Below, piece after piece: positions 1 through 7,074 of a stretch of DNA of 10,938 bases; positions within the stretch are counted from its first letter, which is position 1; every line of letters begins with the position of its first letter. Made by a program: the position numbers and the translations under genes. Under the pieces are notes generated by a model. That model did no database searches. It worked only from the letters and a program-made list of their open reading frames with translations, and was not told where the DNA came from. The stretch comes from Candidatus Heimdallarchaeota archaeon (GTDB lineage Archaea > Asgardarchaeota > Heimdallarchaeia > Heimdallarchaeales > Heimdallarchaeaceae): NCBI GenBank assembly GCA_021399395.1, contig JAAFKJ010000110.1:1-10938 (forward strand), given 5' to 3'.

Positions 1-535
1 ACAGAGAGGTAGTGCATGGCCGTCTCAAGCTCGTGCCGTGAGGTGTGCTCTTAAGTGAGTAAACGAGCGAGACCCGCGCCCCTATTTGCTAAGAGCAAGC
101 TTCGGCTTGGCTGAGGACAATAGGGGGATCGCCATCGATGAAGATGGATGAAAGGGCGGGCCACGGCAGGTCAGTATGCTCCAAATCCCCAGGGCCACAC
201 ACGCATCACAATGGACAGGACAATGAGAAGCGACTCCGAAAGGAGAAGCGGACCTCGAAACCTGTTCGCAGTTGGGATTGAGGTCTGTAACCGACCTCAT
301 GAACATGGAGCACCTAGTATCCGCGTGTCATCAGCGCGCGGAGAATACGTCCCCGCTTTTTGTACACACCGCCCGTCGTTGCAACGAAGTGAGGCTCGGT
401 TGAGGCTGAGGCGTTAACGGTTCAGTCGAAACTGGGTCTCGTGACGATGCAAAAGTCGTAACAAGGTATCCGTAAAATTGGTGAGAGGCAAGTCTCCCTT
501 TTCGGTAAGGGGAACCTGCGGATGGATCACCTCCT
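1..535 (+). rRNA. rrs: 16S rRNA gene, 3' portion (about E. coli 1040 to the 3' end), archaeal and divergent; 5' part lies outside the window
   Basis: Universal SSU motifs: GTGCATGGCCGTC, AACGAGCGAGACCC, TTGTACACACCGCCCGTC (1391 region), AAGTCGTAACAAGGTA (1492 region), GGGGAACCTGCGG (h45) and anti-SD GGATCACCTCCT ending at 535. GC content is much higher than in the flanking coding DNA. Confidence 0.98.
475..508 (+). other. 34-nt intervening sequence / putative BHB-type intron in 16S helix 45 (after the E. coli A1513 equivalent)
   Basis: Removing AAATTGGTGAGAGGCAAGTCTCCCTTTTCGGTAA restores canonical h45, UAUCCGUAGG-GGAA-CCUGCGGAUG. The insert folds into a hairpin (GAGA 483-486 / UCUC 493-496, GCAA loop), and its boundaries match BHB cleavage geometry. 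Confidence 0.8.
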
Positions 536-541
536 ACGTTG

Positions 542-619
542 GAATCCCTCAAGGGATTCTCTGATCATGCAGGGCCTGTTTTAGGCCTTGTTATGACCAA
601 TCTGACTTCGAAAGAAGTC
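542..619 (+). other. 16S 3' trailer with three consecutive hairpins
   Basis: GAATCCC-TCAA-GGGATTC (542-559); TCATGCAGGGCCT-GTTTT-AGGCCTTGTTATGA (565-596, long stem with wobbles and a bulge); GACTTC-GAAA-GAAGTC (604-619, GNRA loop). Confidence 0.7.
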
Positions 620-686
620 CCCTTATTCTCTTCATTCTTCTATGGACGAAGATGTCTCGGGGTTCCTGTATTCTTTGGAGGTTTTT
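620..686 (+). repeat. 67-bp direct repeat, copy 1 (identical to copy 3)
   Basis: CCCTTATTCTCTTCATTCTTCTATGGACGAAGATGTCTCGGGGTTCCTGTATTCTTTGGAGGTTTTT matches 8941-9007 base for base. Confidence 0.95.
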
Positions 687-706
687 GATTTCACTTAGAT
701 AGACTA

Positions 707-3700
707 TCAGAAGAAATAATTCTTCATTAATTCAAATTCCCTAAGCCAATTTTCTTCTAACCATCTCCTTAAATCTGAGATTTTGGTACAAGATGTTTTA
801 TTCTTCTGTAAAATTAAATCATATATTGAAGCATTAAGAATATCAATAATATTACGTATCTTATAATTATAAAATGGATAATACTTCCAATCTTCCTTAT
901 GTCTTATTAATCCTGTTTGAGTAACAGTAACTCTTGCTAGTTTGTAAGAATTATTTCTTTTGTCAAGAAGCAACGTAGAAATTTCATCAACTGCTATTTC
1001 TTTCTTGGAACAAGCTTCAATGAAAGCCTCGTCTGAGAGGATTCTAGTAATCACAAAATCTTCTTGTCGTTTCCACCATTCAAGAAACATCATAATTATA
1101 GAAATACTTGGAATTTTACCACTAGATCCGGATGGAATTGGAAGATTATTAGTTTTCAACCAATTGTACCAAGATTTAGAGATCTTACTCATAGTATTTC
1201 CTTTTTGAGTGAATGAGAAATATCTATAATTCGAATCCCATCTAAATGGGAAGTTAAGTAAAATATCATCGTCTTCGAGTTGAATACCTACGGTTTTTGA
1301 AGATGAAATTAGATCAACAACTCGGTTATTATTATCTATTAATAGTACTCCTGTTTTTGGTTTTGTATCTCTTCTAAAGGAGTAAGTTGGAGGTTTATAG
1401 ATTTCTTCTGTATCTTGATTGAGAAGAAAGAAATCAAATCCTTCACTCTGATAGATCTCAGTTGCTAAAGTAAATGGATCATCTTCATCTTCGAGGAAAA
1501 CCTCAAAATTTGTTAATAAGGAGGCTAATTTTGAAAATAGAGAATTCTTTTCCTTCTCCCCCAATATCTCTTTGAGTTTTTTATTGGTAAGAAAATCAAA
1601 AGTAATAACTTGTACTACATCATAAAAATAAGAAATTCCACGTTGATTTACAGGTTGTTCATCTAGTCTATCCATTTTAGAAAGAAAATCTGATGAAGTG
1701 ATGGTATCAAGCCCTAAATGGCACCTACCACCATACAGGATACTAAGGAGGTCCAATAATTCTGAGTTTAATAGACTCAAGATGAATTCTCTTTTCAAAC
1801 TAGCGTATCGAATAAGAATCTTATTAATTGATTCGTCTTGGGAAAACTGATTATGGTTTATTAATAAATTCAAGTGTTTGTGTACAGGGTCTGTTACTTC
1901 TTTAAAACCATTAAGACTTAACATAATTTTACCTTGTTTAATCTGAAAACTTGGTAAGAAGAAATCATGTGATATATCTATCTGTTTACCTTGTACCGTT
2001 ATTTTTACATTAGATTCTAGATGTGTTTTCTTAGAATTGTCAGAAAATCGAATAGCATGACCATTTTGTGCTAGACCCACCAATCGACTAAATTCTGAAA
2101 TTCCTTTTACAATTTGCCTTTTTTGTTTAACTGATAACATTCCTTGAGAGATTAAGTATGAAAGGGCATTAAGGAAATCACCGTTGAAGAATTTAATTAA
2201 CCAATCATTTCCAATAAGATGATATTGTCTGTTTCTATCATTGAATAATTTCTTAATAAACAATGGAACTTCTTTCTTTCCCAAATATGAAGGAATTGGA
2301 AAAAGAGATTCTATAATAGGGGTTTGTGTTAAATACTGAAAAAGTTGTTTCTTATTCAATTCTCTACGTTTTAAATGGTATCCAAATTTTGGGACATATT
2401 CCCAAGGATAATAAGTAGCATGATCACCTATTTTATAGTCCAAAAAAGTTATTTTGAACAATCCCTTTTCTTTCATTTCAAAAACAATATCATCAAAACC
2501 ATTATGAGCATCTGATATTTCATCATAAAATCCTCTCAGTAGATTAGTAGAACTATTCCTTTGAAAGATATCCTCTTGAACATGTATCTTCTTCCAGGCT
2601 CTCTGTAAAAACTCTCTTTCCGCATTTGTGAGAACTACACTCTTCACCCCTTTTCCTCTTTTTATGAAATTTAAATATACTTCTGCTTCCTTTTCTGTCA
2701 GTTTATTTGCATACTCTAATGTTTTCTTCTTCTCTTCTTCCGTTTCCCCCACTATCTCATCATACATCTCCTGAAATCTCTCAGATACAGACAGTTTCTC
2801 TTGTGTACTTTCCTTCATCTCTACCTTCTTTTCTTTAGTATCATATTTATCTGGAACAATTTTTTCTTTTAGGACCTTCTTTTCTGTTGTTAGTTTCCTG
2901 TTCTTTACATACACTCTTGAAATCGGATAATATGTCCCCAATTCAGGTACCTCTTCATGTAATTGTTGCAAGATCTTATCTGTAGTTTCTACGGGTATGT
3001 TTGCTAGTTCTGCTATTCTAGATGCAGGAGTCTGGATCTCAATTTGGGCTTGATTATTAGTTTCTTGTTCAAGTTTGTGAATGATTACCTCTCGCACCCG
3101 TTCTTTCTGCTTAGAAGTTACCACTTCTTTTCTCCATTTATCCCTAGTTCGAACATTTGCTTCAATAGCTTGGTGGATAGTTTTCCAGTTGGTCAGATAA
3201 GCTCCTCCATCAAAGAATGTCTCGGAAGTAATTCGTTCTTCCTTAGCATAGATCTTAGCTAACTCTTTTGATGGCTTGATCATCAAACCAAGAAAGAAAG
3301 GAGAGATGAAACCAAGGAGTAGAGTAAAGTCTTGACTACCGAGAATTAATGTTATATTAAGACTTAGAAGGAAAAAGGCTATAGGGACCATAAAAACTAC
3401 AATCAACACTCTTACTCGTTTGTAGTTATCTTCGAGAAAAGTCATCTCAGATGTAAATTGAAAGAGATAGAGGAAAGTTAGAGAAAAAACACCTATGCTA
3501 GCATAAAGTAGCAAGTAGATAGTTAAAGCAAGCTCTGGTAGATTAGAAAATAGGTTGAGTACTGGGTTTATCGCAGATATTTTCTTAGAAGCGAATAATA
3601 GGATAAGGAAGTTTGTTCCTGATACAATTAGAGCAAAGAGAATTAGACGAAACTTGAACTTCTTCTTTTTAATCCTAGTTTTATAATAATTGCTAAATTT

Positions 3701-3841
3701 AGAAAACAGGCACAAGATGGAATCTACATCAGCAAAGAATAACTTGATTTTACCACCTAGTTTCTTGAAAGAAAACAGACGAATGTCTGAATAGAATATA
3801 GTAAGCCAGATTACAATAGAGAAAATATTTGCAAAGATCAT
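707..3841 (-). CDS. Large hypothetical membrane protein: about 5-6 N-terminal TM helices, a charged/coiled region, a putative winged-helix (PCI-like) module and a large uncharacterised C-terminal cytoplasmic region; possibly the 3' part of a gene fused with 3838-5712
   Basis: 1044-codon ORF with hydrophobic segments in the first ~190 aa. An HTH-like segment SRIAELANIPVETTDKILQQL...GTYYPISRVYVK lies at ~aa 272-314. ATGA overlap with the upstream ORF at 3838-3841. Confidence 0.85.
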   Translation of the reverse strand: MIFANIFSIVIWLTIFYSDIRLFSFKKLGGKIKLFFADVDSILCLFSKFSNYYKTRIKKKKFKFRLILFALIVSGTNFLILLFASKKISAINPVLNLFSNLPELALTIYLLLYASIGVFSLTFLYLFQFTSEMTFLEDNYKRVRVLIVVFMVPIAFFLLSLNITLILGSQDFTLLLGFISPFFLGLMIKPSKELAKIYAKEERITSETFFDGGAYLTNWKTIHQAIEANVRTRDKWRKEVVTSKQKERVREVIIHKLEQETNNQAQIEIQTPASRIAELANIPVETTDKILQQLHEEVPELGTYYPISRVYVKNRKLTTEKKVLKEKIVPDKYDTKEKKVEMKESTQEKLSVSERFQEMYDEIVGETEEEKKKTLEYANKLTEKEAEVYLNFIKRGKGVKSVVLTNAEREFLQRAWKKIHVQEDIFQRNSSTNLLRGFYDEISDAHNGFDDIVFEMKEKGLFKITFLDYKIGDHATYYPWEYVPKFGYHLKRRELNKKQLFQYLTQTPIIESLFPIPSYLGKKEVPLFIKKLFNDRNRQYHLIGNDWLIKFFNGDFLNALSYLISQGMLSVKQKRQIVKGISEFSRLVGLAQNGHAIRFSDNSKKTHLESNVKITVQGKQIDISHDFFLPSFQIKQGKIMLSLNGFKEVTDPVHKHLNLLINHNQFSQDESINKILIRYASLKREFILSLLNSELLDLLSILYGGRCHLGLDTITSSDFLSKMDRLDEQPVNQRGISYFYDVVQVITFDFLTNKKLKEILGEKEKNSLFSKLASLLTNFEVFLEDEDDPFTLATEIYQSEGFDFFLLNQDTEEIYKPPTYSFRRDTKPKTGVLLIDNNNRVVDLISSSKTVGIQLEDDDILLNFPFRWDSNYRYFSFTQKGNTMSKISKSWYNWLKTNNLPIPSGSSGKIPSISIIMMFLEWWKRQEDFVITRILSDEAFIEACSKKEIAVDEISTLLLDKRNNSYKLARVTVTQTGLIRHKEDWKYYPFYNYKIRNIIDILNASIYDLILQKNKTSCTKISDLRRWLEENWLREFELMKNYFF

Positions 3842-5712
3842 TGCAATCCACGGTGAAATATCGAAGATAGATATAAGTGAATTAAGACCATAACTCGTAG
3901 ATAGAGCAATAACTGTAGCAAAAATAAGACGAATATTACATCTTTATCTTGCATCCTTTCAGAGGAATGCTCAGTAGAACTTGATGAAGCTCTTTGTTTT
4001 CTTTTATCTCTATATGTTTTTTTGTTGAAGAACCAAAAGAAGATGCAAACATATATCGCTAACATCCAGCTGGTAGAAAGTGGGGGAGTGGAGGTATGAG
4101 AGGAATCTCCTTCTACTGGTGGTTGAGTTATGGTTGCCTGATACTTAAGCTGCTGAATAGTAACAGGTGTATTTAGTTCATAGAAACCAAAAATAATCTT
4201 GATCTCATGGTAACCTTGTGCCAATTCAAAAGACTTGCTCAGATTTGCGAACCCAAGTTCATCTACTTCTTGAGTAAGTTGAGTAGTTCCATTAATCTTC
4301 ACTATAACGTCCAGCCTATCGAAGGGGTGCTCATAAGTGGAGGATAGAACAAAGTTTATAGCTAAGTTAACATAGGAAGAAGCGGTAGAAGTTCGAAATA
4401 CACTATAATAACTCAAGGAATAGAACATTGGTTGAGGATTAGCTGTTTCTTCTTCAGAGAGGAGAATGTCTAAGGAATTATCTTCGAGTTCCAAAATCGT
4501 GATTGCATCTATCCTACTAGAGTGCAAGATGATGAACTCCCCCGTACCTGTAGCAGAACCATGGATGGTAAATGAGAGTTCTTCATGGTATTCAGTTGTA
4601 AAAGTACGAATAACCAAACTATTCAGTTCATGAGATTGTTCTGAATAATCAAGTTGTCCTTCCTCTAGAATTGTTGAACCACTGCTCAAGAAGTAGGTTA
4701 GATAAGGGAAGATTTTCATCCCTAAGCATTGGTAATCAATAATCATATAGAGCACTTGATCTGAAAAGTACTTGGAAGGTTTAAGGGAGGAAAGATCAAA
4801 AGAATAGGTAAACTCATTTCCATCCCATTGAAAAGAATCTAGGACACTTTCCTCAAGAAAAGAACCAACTAATGAACCTTCTAAACTAATATCATTGATT
4901 TTTATGATTTCATAGGATACACTTACAGAGAAGTTAACATTTAGTAGATTAAAACCTGTATCAGGATCAATCATAAATTCCATAGAATTGGTTTTATTGG
5001 AGGTAAAACTCTTTTCTGCTACTAGTTTGTTATTAAGAGATACATAGACTACTCTGTCAAAAGATTGGAAATAGTTAGTAGTAAAGGAAAGTGAGAGATT
5101 CAGCAAAACTGTATCATTGTAATTATAGAATGCAGTAGATACTTGTCTTGATTCCCAATAATTTATTGTACCTTCAAAAGATAACCAATCTGGATAAACG
5201 GGAAGAATAGAATTTTCTTCATTCAGAACGGGGATATCTATCTTCTCGATTGTTGTTTCAAGGATGGTTAAAAAACCTACAGAACTAGAAGATTGACCAC
5301 TGCAAATCACATAAACATCTATATTACCAGCATAGGATGTAAAAAGAGTAAATGTCTCAGTTAAATTGTGAATTGTCCCATCCTGAAATAGCGTATCAAT
5401 AATGAATTCAGTAGAAGAGTTGTCGAAAATAAAAGTAACATTCAACCCATCTTGTGTGCTTGTTGTTCCGTTTACCATGAACAAGAGGTCTATTTTGTTA
5501 ATTCTATCTAGTTCAACATAATCAAAGTGTAGAAGAAATATCTTTTTCTGAAATGTGTTGTTGAAAGTAAAAAACAGTTCTTCTGAGGTAGAAAAAATTT
5601 TACGTTCATCCTGAGTGGGATCACAAGAGGATACATTGGTGTAAGTAGGAAAGATGCTACTAACTAAACAAACTAACAGAACTATCTTGATGTACCTGGA
5701 ATTGACTTTCAC
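3838..5712 (-). CDS. Secreted/cell-surface protein: signal peptide, about four beta-rich domains (internal duplication), Pro/Ser/Thr linker, TM helix and basic stop-transfer segment
   Basis: 624-codon ORF with GTG start. N-terminus MKVNSRYIKIVLLVCLVSSIFP is signal-like. Many N-x-S/T sequons. QPPVEGDSSHTSTPP linker, then WMLAIYVCIFFWFF-NKKTYRDKRKQR. Confidence 0.85.
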   Translation of the reverse strand: MKVNSRYIKIVLLVCLVSSIFPTYTNVSSCDPTQDERKIFSTSEELFFTFNNTFQKKIFLLHFDYVELDRINKIDLLFMVNGTTSTQDGLNVTFIFDNSSTEFIIDTLFQDGTIHNLTETFTLFTSYAGNIDVYVICSGQSSSSVGFLTILETTIEKIDIPVLNEENSILPVYPDWLSFEGTINYWESRQVSTAFYNYNDTVLLNLSLSFTTNYFQSFDRVVYVSLNNKLVAEKSFTSNKTNSMEFMIDPDTGFNLLNVNFSVSVSYEIIKINDISLEGSLVGSFLEESVLDSFQWDGNEFTYSFDLSSLKPSKYFSDQVLYMIIDYQCLGMKIFPYLTYFLSSGSTILEEGQLDYSEQSHELNSLVIRTFTTEYHEELSFTIHGSATGTGEFIILHSSRIDAITILELEDNSLDILLSEEETANPQPMFYSLSYYSVFRTSTASSYVNLAINFVLSSTYEHPFDRLDVIVKINGTTQLTQEVDELGFANLSKSFELAQGYHEIKIIFGFYELNTPVTIQQLKYQATITQPPVEGDSSHTSTPPLSTSWMLAIYVCIFFWFFNKKTYRDKRKQRASSSSTEHSSERMQDKDVIFVLFLLQLLLYLRVMVLIHLYLSSIFHRGLQ

Positions 5713-5732
5713 TTGCTTAATCTATAATGCTT

Positions 5733-5746
5733 AAATTCATTTAAAT
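5733..5746 (-). promoter_or_regulatory. Putative archaeal TATA box for 3838-5712 (near-leaderless)
   Basis: Minus-strand ATTTAAATGAATTT about 21-34 nt upstream of the GTG. The same 13-mer occurs upstream of the S9 gene. Confidence 0.5.
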
Positions 5747-5784
5747 ACGTGGTAAAATGATTAAGAGACTAAATTTCTTTTTGG

Positions 5785-5792
5785 TTTTTATA
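5785..5792 (+). promoter_or_regulatory. Putative TATA box for 5822-7000
   Basis: TTTTTATA about 30 nt upstream of the ATG at 5822, in the divergent intergenic region. Confidence 0.4.
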
Positions 5793-5821
5793 GAATATTG
5801 CAGTATTTTTATTGAAAGAGA

Positions 5822-7000
5822 ATGAGATTCTCAAAATATAGATTATTATTCCTAATCTCGATTACTGTTTTGCTTTTCAGTACAGTCAAGTATATTCATA
5901 CTAACAATAGAATTGACCCGGGGTCTATTCTACAACTTAATCTATTTGATTTAGAGGAACACGAACCAATAACGATTAGTACAAATGAGGATTTTCTCTC
6001 CTTCCCTGGCTCTGGAACTCTGGAAGATCCATATTTGTTTGAAAACTATAACATTACTTCTGACTACCCTTTTGGTATTCGCATAAGTTCGACTACCAAA
6101 CATTTTCTTATCAAAAATTGCTTTATTGATGTAACACTAACAGGCATCTTAATTGAAGACATTTTTGAAGGATCAGTAAGGATTGAAAATAATATAATAA
6201 CAGATAGTGATTATGAGAATGGAAAGGGAGTAGTAATATATTTTGCAACAGAGGTTGTTTTAGAGGAGAATGTTATTTGCAACCATAAAACATATGGACT
6301 CGTTATAGCAGGGGCAAATGCTTGTTACATTGTTAGGAACTCCTTTTCGAATAATGGTAAAACAGGAATGGCAACAGCATATGTTAATATATTGGGGATT
6401 TTCGAAAATGAATGCAATGAGAATGAAAACGGAGGGATGTATGTTTTTGAATCAGATTTAGCAATAATCAAGGAAAATGATTGCTCAAGTAATGGCGAGG
6501 AGGGGCTGCTCCTAGAGCAAATAGAGGGGTGTGTTGTTCAAAATAACACTATAGAAAGAAATAGAATATGGGGGATGAGAATGAAAGGAGCAGAAGGGAG
6601 TTTGTTAAACTATAATTTATTCAGAGATAATGAAGAGAGAGGATTGTATCTTGATGAAAATAGTAACAGAAATTGGATATATCAAAATGATTTCATAAAT
6701 AGCAGTAGAACAGGTTACTCACAAGGGAAAGATGAGGGGGAGGAGAATCGTTGGTGTGACGAGTTTATGAAAACAGGGAATTTTTGGGATGATCTTGGAG
6801 ATGAATTGGAATACACATTAGATGGAGATTCAAATTCAGTAGATTTATACCCATTAAGGCAAGGAAACGTTATACAAACTCAGCTGATTAATGAAACGAA
6901 TTTACTAAGCATTCCTTGTACAATTGGGTTTATGCTAATTGTTTTTGTTTTAACAGTGAAGAAGAAAATCCCACAACCCTTATTCTCTACTCTTCTATAG
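5822..7000 (+). CDS. Membrane-anchored right-handed parallel beta-helix (PbH1 / NosD-like) surface protein
   Basis: N-terminal hydrophobic signal; PITI...FPGSGTLEDPYLFENYNIT motif; ~22-residue repeats of the type GxxIxxxxxxxIxxNxxxxN; GNFWDD and DLYPL C-terminal motifs; C-terminal TM helix followed by KKK. The stop TAG (6998-7000) lies inside repeat copy 2. Confidence 0.9.
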   Translation: MRFSKYRLLFLISITVLLFSTVKYIHTNNRIDPGSILQLNLFDLEEHEPITISTNEDFLSFPGSGTLEDPYLFENYNITSDYPFGIRISSTTKHFLIKNCFIDVTLTGILIEDIFEGSVRIENNIITDSDYENGKGVVIYFATEVVLEENVICNHKTYGLVIAGANACYIVRNSFSNNGKTGMATAYVNILGIFENECNENENGGMYVFESDLAIIKENDCSSNGEEGLLLEQIEGCVVQNNTIERNRIWGMRMKGAEGSLLNYNLFRDNEERGLYLDENSNRNWIYQNDFINSSRTGYSQGKDEGEENRWCDEFMKTGNFWDDLGDELEYTLDGDSNSVDLYPLRQGNVIQTQLINETNLLSIPCTIGFMLIVFVLTVKKKIPQPLFSTLL

Positions 7001-7043
7001 ATGAAGATAGTCTCGGGGTTCCTGTATTCTTTGGGGGCTTTTT
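6977..7043 (+). repeat. 67-bp direct repeat, copy 2 (diverged variant)
   Basis: CCCTTATTCTCTACTCTTCTATAGATGAAGATAGTCTCGGGGTTCCTGTATTCTTTGGGGGCTTTTT differs from copies 1/3 by about 4 substitutions and 3 small indels. The GTCTCGGGGTTCCTGTATTCTTTGG block is identical. Confidence 0.92.
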
Positions 7044-7074
7044 ACTTTCTCACCATTTCTTCCTTCTTTACATA

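Noticed and set aside
475-508. Group I intron or homing-endonuclease intron in h45
   Set aside because: At 34 nt it is too short for a ribozyme core or an ORF.
82-552. ORFs 82-306 (-), 148-417 (+) and 331-552 (-)
   Set aside because: They lie within the 16S rRNA gene and are spurious.
536-619. tRNA-Ala or 5S rRNA in the spacer
   Set aside because: No cloverleaf, no T-loop GTTC(G/A)A and no 5S motifs; only independent hairpins.
698-708. Small palindrome GATAGACTATC next to the stop of the 1044-aa gene
   Set aside because: Too short to distinguish from chance.
960-3262. Plus-strand ORFs 960-1208 and 3044-3262
   Set aside because: Short antisense shadows of the 1044-aa gene with no recognisable motifs.
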